Of a stretch of 64,000 nucleotides of DNA, positions 19,777 to 31,456 are shown one piece after another. Both the position numbers and the translations under genes were made by a program. This stretch comes from a virus (taxonomy: Duplodnaviria > Caudoviricetes), in the IMG/VR virus record IMGVR_UViG_3300025383_000009; one strand, 5' to 3'. Within the stretch, counting starts at the first letter, position 1. Each line of letters starts with the position of its first letter. A model generated the notes under the pieces. The model was not told the origin of the DNA. It saw only the letters and a list, made by a program, of their open reading frames with translations, and made no database searches.

Positions 19777-22700
19777 TTAGTACCCGTATGTGATCTTATC
19801 TAAATCTGTCCTTGATTGGAAGTTACCAGATACGATGTTCACTATCAATGTACTGCCATCCCATGATACTATTGTACCAGCTGCAGGGTTTTGTGGACCT
19901 ATGCCAGCAGAATCAACTGTGATCTCTGTGCCGACCAATGAAGCGAAGTCGATTAAGTTAGACCAGTATGTATCTGGGTATAAGTATGCTTTACCTAATG
20001 GTATCGCGCCGTTATCAGAGTTATTTAATGAGTAGAATAAGTTTAATCCGCTTGGGTCATCAACAGTTGTTCCACCGATACGACCTTGTACAGACTCTCT
20101 TACCCAACTAATCGCTGTGCCAGAAGATGTTGGAGTTACCTTCAATGATATCACTGAACCGTTTGTTACTGCTGTTACATCCATGACTTTCGTAGCTTTA
20201 TCTGATCTTAATGTCGCATACTCAGTCATGTAAACTGCAGACGCATTTTGTGTTAAGATAACTTCTGTAGCTTGTACTTTGTTTGTTGTGCTAACACCTT
20301 GTACGATATACTTAGCTGTACCAACTTCGTTAGCAGCAAACATATCTACTGTTGTTTGTGATGTGCCAGATAATCCTGTTGAACCGTTTGCTAGGCTGTA
20401 ACCTTGTAGACCTGTGTAACCTTGATCACCGTCAGGACCAGTAGCACCTGAAGCACCAGTAATACCAGTAGCACCATCTAAACCGGTTTCACCTTGTATA
20501 CCTTGGTCTCCGTCTAAACCTGTTTGACCTTGTTCACCAGTTACACCTGAAGCACCTTGTACACCAGTAGCACCAGTTGAACCTGTATAACCTTGTTCAC
20601 CGAAAGCACCAGTTGCACCTTTATATCCATTAATACCTGTGGCACCATCTTGACCTGTTACACCTGATGCACCTTCCATACCGACTGCACCGTCAAGGTT
20701 AACATAAAGTGTATCAACTCCTGGAGTACTGTTACCTACTTCTGTTACGATAGTAATATTAATAGTACCAGTAATATTATCATAACTGTTTACTAAAGCT
20801 GTAGCAAAGTTCTCTGAATCTTTAGAGATGATGATAGTTTGACCAGCAGCATATGAATATGAGTAGTCAAGTGTTTGTGAATCTATTTGTATATTGATAT
20901 CACCACTTACATTGATATTTACACCGTTATCAATGTAGTAGTCAGTGTTAAGTAATATTGCTTTGAATCTATGACCATATGAACCAGTTGCACCATCAGT
21001 ACCAGTCTCACCTGTTGGACCTGATGCACCATCGATACCTTGTACACCAGTAGCACCTGTTGCACCGTCTTGACCTGTAGGACCAGTCGCTGCGTCATAA
21101 CCTAAGATACCTTGTTGACCGTCTGGACCTGTTGGACCTTGTACACCTGTAGCACCTGTCTCACCAGTTTGACCTTGATCACCAGTTATACCGATTCCGC
21201 CATCGATACCAGTTGCACCGTCTTGACCTGTTGGACCTGATGCACCATCAATGCCTTGGTTACCGTCTGGACCAGTAGCACCTGTTGCACCAGTTGAACC
21301 TGTGTAACCTATGTTAGTTGCAGCTGTATTACCTAAATATGTGTATCCACTTGGAACATCATGTTGTGGAGTAGTTATTAATTCAAACACAGCACCATCG
21401 AGTGTGCTTACTGCTGGATAACTATGCGATTGAGCTAATAAGAATGGTGAACCGTTAGTATTAGTTGCTGGATCACCGCCTTTTGACCATGCTCCACCGT
21501 TAACTCTTGCCCAAAATACTCCTGTATTATAATTATAATTAACTGCAACTTCTACTAAATCTCCAACGCCCCAATTAATACCTAATGAATCAGTTTGGAT
21601 ACCATTTATCCAAACAGTACCATCTTGTTGGAATCCTTGCGATTGGTCATCATATCTTCCTAATGCATTATTAACATCAATGCCAGATGTTCCTAAGCCA
21701 ATGCGATTAGTAGTAGCAGGTATATCAGCATCTAACCTTACACCAAACATACTTAAACCAGAGTTAGCGTATGTTGCCATTTCAGCAGTAGTTATTGCTG
21801 ATTCAACATAACCAACTGTACCACTTAATATTGTATTTGCGCCGTTACTGCCGCTTGAAATTGTTTGATTAGGCCCATAATGACCATAACCAGTATCAAA
21901 TTGAATTGCAGCTGATGAACCATCACCACCTTGAGCACCAGTAGCACCAGTATAACCTGTTGCACCATCTACACCTGTGTAACCTTGTTCGCCATCAGGA
22001 CCTGTTGCACCATCTAAACCTGTTGAACCTTGGATACCATCAGCACCAGAAGCTCCGTCTATACCAGCTTCACCAGTTGCACCTTGAAATCCTCGTTCAC
22101 CTGTAGCACCAGCAACACCAGTTGCACCAGTTAAACCTACTGTACCTGTAGCACCATCAGCACCAGTTGCACCTCTGGCATTATATGTACGACCTTGCAA
22201 TCCTCGTTCGCCATCGATACCTTGTGCGCCGTCTTGACCGGTAACACCAGTAGCACCAATTTGACCTACTGCTCCGTCAAGGTTGATTACCCATGCGTTA
22301 TGTGAACCAGTACCTACGTGATCTGTTTGTGTAAATGCAAGGATGTTTGTTACTGGATCGTAACTTGTAACTGTACCATGTTGATGTATACCACCACCAT
22401 CGGTAAGAATAATTGTTTCACCACCACCATAACTTAATCTTTCATCTACGACTACAACTCCTGTAGCACCTGTAGATGCAAGTGTAAATGCAGTGGTTGA
22501 AGAAGTTTTGTATCTGTGACCATATGAACCAGTTGCACCAACTTCACCTGTTTGACCTGTTGCACCTATGTAACCAGCATTTCCTGTTACACCACGACGT
22601 AAGAATGTGAATCCGCTTGGAACACCGTATTCAGCAACATCATTGATAGTAAATTGTGCAGGACCATTAGAACCATAGATACCTACTGCTGGATAAACAC

Positions 22701-23886
22701 CAGCACTAAATACAGAATTATCAACTGATAAACCGCCAACACCAGTAGCTGGATCATTAGAGATATTACCATTCCAGTAACCATTGTTTACTCTGAACCA
22801 TATTAAATGGTTATCAGTGTCTACAGCTATATCAATCTTGTCTCCACTAGTATAGCTATCATAATGAGTTACATATGAACCAGCATAATAGATATCACCG
22901 TTTTGCGTATAAGCTATGGAGTTTTCATCAGGACCACCAAGCATAGCATTAAGATCAACATTACTGTTTGCGATACCAACTGAATTAGCGTTGTCACTAA
23001 AGTAATCGAAGGTAAAGCTGAACATGTAAGCATTGCCGCCGGCAATGTTTTGAGTACCTAGCGCATTATAGTAACCTTCGTTATCATCTGAAATTGTGAA
23101 GTAGTCGTCATTTGGGTAATATAACTGACTACCGATATAAGCTGGATCGAATACGTATGTGTTTGCAATGTAACCACCGAATCCACCTGTAGCACCATCA
23201 AGACCTGTTGGACCTTGATCACCTGTTACACCTTGAACACCAGTAGCACCGTCATAACCTTGTGCACCATCTTGACCAGTTACACCTTGAGAACCTGTAG
23301 CACCTTGGGCGCCTGTTGCTCCTGTAGCACCTGTCTCACCAGTTGGGCCAGTTGCACCTGCATAACCTGTATTTGTAGCAGCGCTATATCCTGTAATTGT
23401 GATTGTTGCATTTACTGGAATATCACCTAAAGTTATAGGTGTGTTTGTTAAACCTAAGAAAGATATATCACCTTGATCTACATAATTATAAACTGTGTAT
23501 GTAACTGAGTTATATACAAACGTCATTCCTGGTGCAGGAGTAGCTGATAGCGCTCTACCATCAATACGAATGTAGCTACCGTAGAGCGTTGGATATACTA
23601 ACCAAGCGTTATCTAATGCAGCTGTTACAGTTGCATCGATTGATACATATGTACCACCATTACCGCCTGTAGCACCTGTTTGACCAGTTACACCAGAAGC
23701 ACCATCAATACCGGTAGCACCAGTAGATCCTGTCTCTCCTCTAACACCTGTTGCACCGTATGGTGATTCACCTGGACCAGAAGCTCCGACCCATTCACCA
23801 GCTGTGTTGATGACCTCAAATCCAGAGGCACCGACCGCTAGTCCGTTCTTGACGTTAAACTTTATATCATTGGTTGGTAGTGACAC
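19777..23886 (-). CDS. Collagen-like fibre protein with two SPRY/ConA-like domains and a shared C-terminal domain
   Basis: Gly-X-Y runs; two domains with GDxIxIAV....[10 protein letters not shown]..G.DPAT; C-terminal TAKYIVQ...TEYA; GTG start. Confidence 0.72.
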   Translation of the reverse strand: MSLPTNDIKFNVKNGLAVGASGFEVINTAGEWVGASGPGESPYGATGVRGETGSTGATGIDGASGVTGQTGATGGNGGTYVSIDATVTAALDNAWLVYPTLYGSYIRIDGRALSATPAPGMTFVYNSVTYTVYNYVDQGDISFLGLTNTPITLGDIPVNATITITGYSAATNTGYAGATGPTGETGATGATGAQGATGSQGVTGQDGAQGYDGATGVQGVTGDQGPTGLDGATGGFGGYIANTYVFDPAYIGSQLYYPNDDYFTISDDNEGYYNALGTQNIAGGNAYMFSFTFDYFSDNANSVGIANSNVDLNAMLGGPDENSIAYTQNGDIYYAGSYVTHYDSYTSGDKIDIAVDTDNHLIWFRVNNGYWNGNISNDPATGVGGLSVDNSVFSAGVYPAVGIYGSNGPAQFTINDVAEYGVPSGFTFLRRGVTGNAGYIGATGQTGEVGATGSYGHRYKTSSTTAFTLASTGATGVVVVDERLSYGGGETIILTDGGGIHQHGTVTSYDPVTNILAFTQTDHVGTGSHNAWVINLDGAVGQIGATGVTGQDGAQGIDGERGLQGRTYNARGATGADGATGTVGLTGATGVAGATGERGFQGATGEAGIDGASGADGIQGSTGLDGATGPDGEQGYTGVDGATGYTGATGAQGGDGSSAAIQFDTGYGHYGPNQTISSGSNGANTILSGTVGYVESAITTAEMATYANSGLSMFGVRLDADIPATTNRIGLGTSGIDVNNALGRYDDQSQGFQQDGTVWINGIQTDSLGINWGVGDLVEVAVNYNYNTGVFWARVNGGAWSKGGDPATNTNGSPFLLAQSHSYPAVSTLDGAVFELITTPQHDVPSGYTYLGNTAATNIGYTGSTGATGATGPDGNQGIDGASGPTGQDGATGIDGGIGITGDQGQTGETGATGVQGPTGPDGQQGILGYDAATGPTGQDGATGATGVQGIDGASGPTGETGTDGATGSYGHRFKAILLNTDYYIDNGVNINVSGDINIQIDSQTLDYSYSYAAGQTIIISKDSENFATALVNSYDNITGTINITIVTEVGNSTPGVDTLYVNLDGAVGMEGASGVTGQDGATGINGYKGATGAFGEQGYTGSTGATGVQGASGVTGEQGQTGLDGDQGIQGETGLDGATGITGASGATGPDGDQGYTGLQGYSLANGSTGLSGTSQTTVDMFAANEVGTAKYIVQGVSTTNKVQATEVILTQNASAVYMTEYATLRSDKATKVMDVTAVTNGSVISLKVTPTSSGTAISWVRESVQGRIGGTTVDDPSGLNLFYSLNNSDNGAIPLGKAYLYPDTYWSNLIDFASLVGTEITVDSAGIGPQNPAAGTIVSWDGSTLIVNIVSGNFQSRTDLDKITYGY

Positions 23887-23914
23887 GTGCCTATCTCCTG
23901 AATTTTATTTGTTA

Positions 23915-26191
23915 TTAAGCTAGTACTGCTTCTCTTAAGAAGTCGATTGTTGTGTTTGTATTTACTGGTGATACTTTAACGTATACTGTACCAGAGTCAT
24001 AGTTTGCACTTACAGTCATTAGAGACGCTGTTGAGTACATCGTTGCATACTCTGTAACTGAAGCATCTGAACCATCATGCGTTACCAATACTTCTGTTGA
24101 GTGTACATCGCTACCATGTGTAGCTTGGATGATATACTTAGCTGTCCTGTAAACTGTAGCATCATATGAATCGATAGTTTGGTTAGCAACTGTAGTTGTT
24201 AATGGATCGTTTCCTGCAGTTAAACCTGTACCTGTAGCACCAGTTAAACCTGTTGAACCACTTGCACCTTGGTAACCAGTAGCTCCATCTAATCCTTGAG
24301 GACCTGTTGCTCCTGTGAAACCTGAAGCACCTTGGATACCAGTTGCACCAGTATAACCTGTTGCACCAGTATAACCAGTCGCACCATCTACACCTTGAGG
24401 ACCTGTTGCACCAGTGAAACCTGTAGCACCTGATGCACCTTGGAAACCAGTGGCACCTGAAGCACCATCGATACCTGTTGCACCTGTGTAACCAGTTGCA
24501 CCTTGAACACCTTGTGCACCATCAAGGTTAACTGTCCATGCTGTATGTTCACCTGAACCAACTGCTGTTGTCTTGTCGAATACTAATTGGTCACCGCTGT
24601 AACTTACAACTGTACCTAATTGATAATTTGTATCATCGTAAGCAACTACGATTGATTGAGCTGGAGTATAAGCTAAACCAGAATCAACTGTTAATGTGAT
24701 TTGACCAGTTCCGCCGATAGTGAATCTTGAAGTTGATGATGTTGCATAGAGGTCACCGTTAGCACCGCTAGCACCAGCAATACCTGTTGCACCTGTGTAA
24801 CCAGTTGCACCATCGATACCTGTAGCACCTGAAGCGCCGTCAATACCAGTTGCACCAGTATAACCGGTTGCACCATCGATACCTGAAGCACCGTCAATAC
24901 CTGTCGCACCTGTGTAACCTGTAGCACCATCGATACCAGTTGCACCTGTATAACCTGTAGCACCAGTATAACCTGTCGCGCCACTTGCACCGTCGATACC
25001 TGTAGCACCTGTATAACCTGTTGCACCATCGATACCAGTTGCGCCTGAAGCACCTTGATATCCTTGTACACCATCGTTACCTTGAGCACCTGTTGCACCA
25101 CTTGCACCTACTGGACCAGTAGCACCTGTATCACCAGTATAACCTGTAGCGCCGTCAGCACCAGTTGCACCTGAAGCTCCTTGAATACCTGTCGCACCGC
25201 TTGCACCATCAGCACCGGTTGCACCAGAAGCACCATCAATGCCTGTTGCACCGCTAGCACCTTGAAAACCAGTAGCACCTGATGCACCTTGATCTCCTTG
25301 AGAACCGGTTGCACCTGTGTAACCAGTGGCGCCTGAAGCACCTTGGAAACCTGTAGCACCTGATGCACCATCGGCACCTGTAGCACCGCTTGCACCTTGA
25401 ATACCTGTTGCACCTGTATAACCTGTAGCACCTTGAACACCGACAGCACCATCAAGGTTTACTGTCCATGCTGTATATTGTGTGCCTGTTGCATGATCTG
25501 CGGTTGTGATGATTAAATCTAATTGACCAGTACCTGAATTGTAGTTATCTACATAACCGATTACATAATCGGTAGGATTAGTTTGAGAAGCAACTAATAC
25601 TGATTGTTGTGGAGTATATGAAAGACCAGTTTCTACATTAATTGTTAATGTAACACCAAGAGCGTAGTCTGTAAGTGTTAATGGATCAGTTGAGGTTGTT
25701 GCGTATTTGTCACCGTTAAGACCGGCAGAACCTGTTGCACCTGTTTGACCAGTTGCACCTGTATAACCTGTAGCACCTGATGCACCATCGATACCAGTTG
25801 CACCAGTATAACCTGTAGCACCTGTGTAACCTGTTGCGCCGTCAATACCTGTTGCACCTGTAACACCAGTAGCACCTGTATAACCTGTAGCACCATCTAT
25901 ACCAGTTGCACCACTTGCACCATCAATACCAGTAGCACCTGTATAACCTGTGGCACCATCAGCACCCGTGGCACCTGATGCACCATCGATACCGGTTGCA
26001 CCGGTATAACCGGTTGCACCGTCAATACCTTGGACACCTGTTGCACCTGTGTAACCTGTGGCACCTGTAGCTCCAGCAGGAAGTTCGGCTCCTATCCAAT
26101 TACCGTTTTCGTCAATGACGTCAATTATGCCTGACGCACCCCCTACGGATAGCCCGTTTCTTACTACAAAAGTTGAATTATTCGTTGCCAC
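23915..26191 (-). CDS. Collagen-like fibre protein
   Basis: Mostly GAT/GYT/GID/GAS triplets, two inserted beta domains ending WTVNLDGA, C-terminal RTAKY...TEYA domain; GTG start. Confidence 0.78.
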   Translation of the reverse strand: MATNNSTFVVRNGLSVGGASGIIDVIDENGNWIGAELPAGATGATGYTGATGVQGIDGATGYTGATGIDGASGATGADGATGYTGATGIDGASGATGIDGATGYTGATGVTGATGIDGATGYTGATGYTGATGIDGASGATGYTGATGQTGATGSAGLNGDKYATTSTDPLTLTDYALGVTLTINVETGLSYTPQQSVLVASQTNPTDYVIGYVDNYNSGTGQLDLIITTADHATGTQYTAWTVNLDGAVGVQGATGYTGATGIQGASGATGADGASGATGFQGASGATGYTGATGSQGDQGASGATGFQGASGATGIDGASGATGADGASGATGIQGASGATGADGATGYTGDTGATGPVGASGATGAQGNDGVQGYQGASGATGIDGATGYTGATGIDGASGATGYTGATGYTGATGIDGATGYTGATGIDGASGIDGATGYTGATGIDGASGATGIDGATGYTGATGIAGASGANGDLYATSSTSRFTIGGTGQITLTVDSGLAYTPAQSIVVAYDDTNYQLGTVVSYSGDQLVFDKTTAVGSGEHTAWTVNLDGAQGVQGATGYTGATGIDGASGATGFQGASGATGFTGATGPQGVDGATGYTGATGYTGATGIQGASGFTGATGPQGLDGATGYQGASGSTGLTGATGTGLTAGNDPLTTTVANQTIDSYDATVYRTAKYIIQATHGSDVHSTEVLVTHDGSDASVTEYATMYSTASLMTVSANYDSGTVYVKVSPVNTNTTIDFLREAVLA

Positions 26192-26232
26192 AGTTTGATC
26201 TCCTTGATGATGGTGTTAGTGCTTTATACTAT

Positions 26233-26240
26233 TATTTATA
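26233..26240 (-). promoter_or_regulatory. T4-type late promoter TATAAATA
   Basis: Exact motif in the intergenic gap upstream of the 26191 fibre gene. Confidence 0.7.
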
Positions 26241-26250
26241 ATAAATTTAT

Positions 26251-27855
26251 TTAGAGTCCTATCGTAGTTCTTATGTATTTTATATCAGTATAAGGACTTT
26301 GGGGCGTAAATCTTAACTCAATATAGCCTGTCCCAGACCATTGAATACGTGATACTATTAATAAAGGTGATCTACTTTCAACAGTAGATGCTACGTATAC
26401 ACCTGGGCTAGTCATGATAAACTTACTACTAAGAGTCGCTGATATAGCTCCTCCATTTAATGATATTACTGTTGTAGGTATTGCTGATAGTAATGCTTGT
26501 ACTGCTGAATTTGATGTAGAGTATATAGTTAATGTTGTTCCAGTCCAGAACGACAGAGCCGAAATGTTGATATCTGGTGATGAATAGTCATTATCTACAG
26601 GTGAGTAATACGTAGCGAATGATCCTAATGATTCACCCATACCTGCATACTCTGTAAAGAATACGTTTGCTTTATCCCATAAGAGTAATAACTCTTCAGC
26701 ATAGTAGTTTGTACCTTTTGTCAGCTGTACCTGATACTTTGCACTCCTATATATTGAGGTATCTAAGATGTCTATTAGCTGTTCATCTGTTGTGTTATTG
26801 GTGGTAAAGTCAATTACGTTGTCTACACCAATACCAGATGCACCTACAGGACCTTCGATACCTGTTGCACCTGTAATACCTATAGGTCCAGTAGCACCAG
26901 TCGCTCCAGCACCCTGTGCACCTGTGGCACCGTATGGACCAGTAGCACCTGGTAAACCTACTCCAGTTGCTCCTGCAATACCGCTTGCTCCTTGTGTACC
27001 AGAAGCACCTTGAATTCCAGTAGCACCTGTTTGACCTGTGGCACCTTGTGTACCTGTCGCTCCAGTTAAACCTGTTGAACCACTTGCACCTTGAATTCCA
27101 GTAGCACCTGTTTGACCTGTGGCACCTTGTGTACCTGTCGCTCCATCCAAACCAATAGTACCAGAAGCACCATCGATACCACTAGCTCCTTGTGGACCAG
27201 TAGCACCTGTTGCACCAGAACCTGATGCTGTTGCAGATATAGTTAATGATTGTGGGTTTGCTGAATGATCTGTTGTGATGGTGATACCAGTACCACCAAT
27301 GATATGTAGTGTATCTTCTGCTACAGCTACGAGGTCTGTCTGACCGTCTACTTTGATAGTCTTGAACGCAGAACCAAGACTTACTTTAACTTCACCGCCA
27401 CCAAGATCTGATACGTTGAATCCTGTATCCCTATCGAACCTTAGAGCGTTTACACCTGTTACTTCGTTAGTGATTGATCCTGTAGCACCACCAGTTGCAC
27501 CACTGATGTTACTTACCGTGATGTTTGCAACACCAACACCGCTCGCACCAGTTACACCGCTTGCACCTTGTGCACCGCTGGCTCCGATACCAGATGCACC
27601 TTGTGTACCTATTGCACCGCTTGCACCTTGAATGCCTTGTTGACCTTGTGCACCTGATGCACCAATACCTGAAGCGCCTTGTTCTCCTTTAGGACCTGTA
27701 GCACCGCTTGCACCCTGTGGGCCTGATGCACCACCTGTATCTCCCTGTGGGCCTGTTGCACCAGTAGGACCGGTAGCACCAAAGCCAGCACCGTTACCTG
27801 ATAGCCCTTGTATACCAACGGCCGCGACTTCTACGTATACGTCTCCTAATGCCAT
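26251..27855 (-). CDS. Collagen-like fibre/structural protein
   Basis: Gly-X-Y runs; C-terminal RSAKYQVQ...TEYA domain shared with the two neighbouring fibre genes. Confidence 0.72.
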   Translation of the reverse strand: MALGDVYVEVAAVGIQGLSGNGAGFGATGPTGATGPQGDTGGASGPQGASGATGPKGEQGASGIGASGAQGQQGIQGASGAIGTQGASGIGASGAQGASGVTGASGVGVANITVSNISGATGGATGSITNEVTGVNALRFDRDTGFNVSDLGGGEVKVSLGSAFKTIKVDGQTDLVAVAEDTLHIIGGTGITITTDHSANPQSLTISATASGSGATGATGPQGASGIDGASGTIGLDGATGTQGATGQTGATGIQGASGSTGLTGATGTQGATGQTGATGIQGASGTQGASGIAGATGVGLPGATGPYGATGAQGAGATGATGPIGITGATGIEGPVGASGIGVDNVIDFTTNNTTDEQLIDILDTSIYRSAKYQVQLTKGTNYYAEELLLLWDKANVFFTEYAGMGESLGSFATYYSPVDNDYSSPDINISALSFWTGTTLTIYSTSNSAVQALLSAIPTTVISLNGGAISATLSSKFIMTSPGVYVASTVESRSPLLIVSRIQWSGTGYIELRFTPQSPYTDIKYIRTTIGL

Positions 27856-27864
27856 TCTTATTCC

Positions 27865-28218
27865 TTATATGATCTCTGGAGGATCAGATTGCGTTATTTG
27901 TGGTGTGAATATAATAACACCTTCTGAGACTCTTAATGATTCTCCAAAAGGTGATGTCACGTATACATCATACATGTATCTTCCAGGTTTAATCGATGCA
28001 GTATCAGCTGCAGACAATGATAGTCTTACTTGTCCACCTGTAGTAGAGTATACTTCAGCATGAAAGTCAATATGATTATGAGCTATATAAGACTTACGTA
28101 TGTAAGCCCGAGTAGTAAAACCCGATAAGTTTAGTGGCAGTCCGTCTGAACCCACCACAGTGATTACTGCACCAAAGTTTGATCCAGTGTCAATATAAAA
28201 ATTTGTTATAGCTGCCAT
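27865..28218 (-). CDS. Small virion structural protein (BppU-N-like Ig fold, common in T4-like aquatic phages)
   Basis: NFYIDTGSNF...LNLSGFT.RAYIRKSY...GQVRLSLSAADTASIKPGRYMYDV...RVSEG. Confidence 0.6.
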   Translation of the reverse strand: MAAITNFYIDTGSNFGAVITVVGSDGLPLNLSGFTTRAYIRKSYIAHNHIDFHAEVYSTTGGQVRLSLSAADTASIKPGRYMYDVYVTSPFGESLRVSEGVIIFTPQITQSDPPEII

Positions 28219-28246
28219 AGTTATTATTTATACGACACTGGTTCCT

Positions 28247-29623
28247 TTAAATTGGTTGTATGCTTATAATCTTCTTACCAGTCTTAGGTTCTGGTATCCC
28301 TTTTACAGCTCCGATGATGTCTTTTCTAGACTCATCAAGGTCTCCGTCAATATAGTATGGGAGACATCCTGTTAACATCTCAAACGCAGCCATGAAGAAC
28401 GGTATGTTATCAGAGTAAGCGTTATCACATGCTAGGCTCCACATATCTCCATGTAAAAACATGCATGAACCTTGACATATCTGTAATACTGGACATGTAG
28501 GACACTCTTCTCTATGACTCCAGTGTGTACTAGTCTTTAACTTGATGTTGTCAAAGTCATTAACGTTACCGATAAGGTGACTCTCACCATTAAATCCTAT
28601 AGCTACAGAGCTAACGTTTTGACATGTTAGCACGTTACCTTTTAAATCTACTGCAATATTGTGTTCATCATCCATCGTACACTTCTGACCTACAGCAACA
28701 GCTGGTCTTTTGGTTTGTATAGATGTTATGAACTCGTTGATCTTCTTCTTAGTGGCACCAACATTAGTTCCAAGTCCACTTCTTACTTCTTTAAACGTAT
28801 TAGCTCGATAGTTAAGGTGATCGTGTTCATCAGTAAAACAAACGCTAGCACCACCTTCATCATATGGATCAATGAACCCACCTTCTCCGATAGGTACATC
28901 AAACCCAAGTTTATCTTTAAACCATTGACTTATGGCTGCACGGCTTTGGTTATCTTTATTCACCATAGCGTTAAAGCTCATACGATTCTTTGGTCCTAAC
29001 CTATTCCATAGATCCATGATCATCGCGAATTGTTCTGGATCATCGAATGGGTCTAACCCTCTAACATGATAACCTGGTCCATCATGTGATATACCAACAC
29101 TAAACCCTAAGTTATCAAGCCATTCATTCTTTTCTAAGTCTAATATAGTACCATTAGTCACTATACCAAATGCTATGTTTGGATACATCTTCCTCATGCC
29201 TTCAGCAAGAGGCTTTAGACTCTTCCAATATACAAAGGGCTCACCACCCCAAAATTCTACTTTAACTCCAGTACCGTCTTTATTATCACCACCATCAAAC
29301 CATGTTGGTAGTTGATCTAAGAACGGACCTACATCATCCTTTGTCATCTCATCAGCTTTAGGTACAAACCTTTGACTGCAGTAGACACATTCATAATTAC
29401 AAGATAAGCCTAGCTGTATCTTGAGGATCTTAATATCTTTACTCTTTTTTGCTGGAGTGTCTTTACTTGTAGTAAACACTTCTTTATAGGAACGAGTATT
29501 ACCGTTACTAAAATCTATCACGTTTCCATTTGCATCTGATATCTCAGAAGTCATGTTATCATACCAAAACTCTACATCTTCATTTGTTACAGGTCTCACA
29601 CATTTTATATTAAACTTCGCCAT
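28247..29623 (-). CDS. Radical SAM enzyme with C-terminal SPASM domain (peptide/protein maturase-like)
   Basis: CNYECVYC (CxxxCxxC), FWGGEP, IVTNG, KC...VDLKGNVLTC, and ECPTCPVLQICQGSC...AC (SPASM cysteines). Confidence 0.9.
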   Translation of the reverse strand: MAKFNIKCVRPVTNEDVEFWYDNMTSEISDANGNVIDFSNGNTRSYKEVFTTSKDTPAKKSKDIKILKIQLGLSCNYECVYCSQRFVPKADEMTKDDVGPFLDQLPTWFDGGDNKDGTGVKVEFWGGEPFVYWKSLKPLAEGMRKMYPNIAFGIVTNGTILDLEKNEWLDNLGFSVGISHDGPGYHVRGLDPFDDPEQFAMIMDLWNRLGPKNRMSFNAMVNKDNQSRAAISQWFKDKLGFDVPIGEGGFIDPYDEGGASVCFTDEHDHLNYRANTFKEVRSGLGTNVGATKKKINEFITSIQTKRPAVAVGQKCTMDDEHNIAVDLKGNVLTCQNVSSVAIGFNGESHLIGNVNDFDNIKLKTSTHWSHREECPTCPVLQICQGSCMFLHGDMWSLACDNAYSDNIPFFMAAFEMLTGCLPYYIDGDLDESRKDIIGAVKGIPEPKTGKKIISIQPI

Positions 29624-29643
29624 TTCATGTCCTTAATTATAAA

Positions 29644-30288
29644 TTATAATGTAACGTAATTCCTTACAGATTCAACAACCTTTATGTTAGTAACTAATGC
29701 AATAGTATCAACGCTTCCTAAGTTAACTTCAGTAGTATGGAATATTGAAGAAGGATGTATAGTAAATGTTCCTAGTACAGGACTTATTGGGAATAACATC
29801 TCATGATTCAATAATCTACTTCTTGAAGAAATAGGATCGATTATGTGTAACCTATTTCCTGCAGGTTTTTGATGAGTATTATTATTTGGAAAGTCTGTGA
29901 CTTCCATAGATACCCATAAAACTGCCACGTAGTCAACGCTTCTATGATTGTGAGGCTTTGCATACTCACCAGGAGCAAACTTACGTAAGCTAGTGATAGC
30001 TTCAAACTCTACTTCTTCTGGATTAATAAAACCTTCAGCTGCAGCTAACTGAGCCATCCTAGATTTTAACATACTTTTAAATAGCTGGCATTCTGGACGA
30101 GGATCAGCTAGTAAGTTATAAGCTGCCTCTTTTGACTTACGCATATAATAAGGGACATGAGCCTCAGGATGCTGAGCTTCATATTCTTCACCAATACTAA
30201 TAATATTCTTTAAAAAATCATCAGTAGCTTCAACCGCTCTTTGTTCAATAAGAATATTGGTTGGCCATAGTTGTGCAATATTAGTCAA
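29644..30288 (-). CDS. 2OG-Fe(II) oxygenase-like protein (TIGR02466-like)
   Basis: YAKPHNH..DYVAVLWV, LHIIDP, PSSIFHTT (distal His). Confidence 0.65.
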   Translation of the reverse strand: MTNIAQLWPTNILIEQRAVEATDDFLKNIISIGEEYEAQHPEAHVPYYMRKSKEAAYNLLADPRPECQLFKSMLKSRMAQLAAAEGFINPEEVEFEAITSLRKFAPGEYAKPHNHRSVDYVAVLWVSMEVTDFPNNNTHQKPAGNRLHIIDPISSRSRLLNHEMLFPISPVLGTFTIHPSSIFHTTEVNLGSVDTIALVTNIKVVESVRNYVTL

Positions 30289-31057
30289 GTGTTACTACCT
30301 TAGTAGATACGCCAGTCCAGTATTTGTATCCAGTTTTAATTGTTACTACTTCACCAGCATTTAATCCAGTAGTGTCTAAGTTAAATGTACCACCATTCGT
30401 TACACGTGATCTATTAATTACACCAATATCAGATGAAAGATAAACCGTAGTGTTTGCTGGAGCCGTCACTGTATATGCATGTGTATCACCAGCTTTAATA
30501 GTACTTGGTCCATTAACTATGATAGGTAACCATGATTCTAAGAATGCATGCATCGATACTATAGATGTAGATGAAGGAGCTGATCCGTTAACTGTGATGT
30601 TTGCACCATCTCTAAATATGATAGTTAGTTCGCTGGTAGGACAATCCTTATATGGTGTTAAGATATACAAGTAACCATATGAAGAGTATCTACTGTTGAT
30701 AACTGACCATGGTGAACCTGGATATGTTTTACCTTCTGCCGCTGGTGTCACATCAGTTTTTTGATAGATCATACCTGGATCACCTCCGCCCTTTTCACTT
30801 AATGAAAGTTGTGTAGTCTCCATAGCCATGAATTCTTGAGTATCTGGGATATGCATTGCTTTTGGAAACAACGCGATACATCCATGATCCTGAGAATATT
30901 TTTGTACTAGTTCTGCTAGATTGAATGTACCAACAGCATTGGTTGTTCCAATTGCAGTAACAGTAGTATCAGAAATCTCCAATGTCAAGATATCATTTTT
31001 GATAGTGACATCGTTTTTTGATAACGTTCTTGTTGTACTTAGTGAGTAAAAATTCAT
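30281..31057 (-). CDS. Hypothetical protein with a C-terminal Ig-like beta domain, co-transcribed with the rSAM gene
   Basis: Beta-rich C-terminus IIVNGPSTIKAG...VYLSSDIG...GLNAGEVVTIKTGYKYW; overlaps the oxygenase start. Confidence 0.5.
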   Translation of the reverse strand: MNFYSLSTTRTLSKNDVTIKNDILTLEISDTTVTAIGTTNAVGTFNLAELVQKYSQDHGCIALFPKAMHIPDTQEFMAMETTQLSLSEKGGGDPGMIYQKTDVTPAAEGKTYPGSPWSVINSRYSSYGYLYILTPYKDCPTSELTIIFRDGANITVNGSAPSSTSIVSMHAFLESWLPIIVNGPSTIKAGDTHAYTVTAPANTTVYLSSDIGVINRSRVTNGGTFNLDTTGLNAGEVVTIKTGYKYWTGVSTKVVTLD

Positions 31058-31081
31058 TGTTTTTTCCTTTTTATCTATTTA

Positions 31082-31447
31082 TTAGCAATTACATGCACAG
31101 TTACAGTTATAGTTTTGTAAAGTTAAAGCTCCGGAAGCACCAGTAGCACCGTTCCAATATAATCCCCAAACTCCACTTGTAAGGTGACCTACTCCTCCTC
31201 TTCCGCTACCGCATGCGCTAATAACACCACTGTTAAGGTTATCACCGCTTATGAGGTTTCCAGCTGATAAGAATGGTCCATAGTTACCAAGATCATTAGT
31301 AAACTGACTTAGTGCTGTTGGTCTTCCAACTATACCTGTGGCTCCTGTAGCGCCTGATGCACCTACAGTGCCCCATACAAATGATGCTGTACTTAAAGTA
31401 GTACCATCACCAAATTTTATATCACCATTTTCTAATATCGTTGCCAT
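31082..31447 (-). CDS. Small fibre-like protein with Cys-rich C-terminus (..NYNCNCACNC); putative rSAM substrate
   Basis: N-terminal NGDIKFGDGTTLSTA, internal PTALSQFTNDLGNYGPF, terminal Asn-Cys repeat. Confidence 0.7.
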   Translation of the reverse strand: MATILENGDIKFGDGTTLSTASFVWGTVGASGATGATGIVGRPTALSQFTNDLGNYGPFLSAGNLISGDNLNSGVISACGSGRGGVGHLTSGVWGLYWNGATGASGALTLQNYNCNCACNC

Positions 31448-31456
31448 TTATTATCC

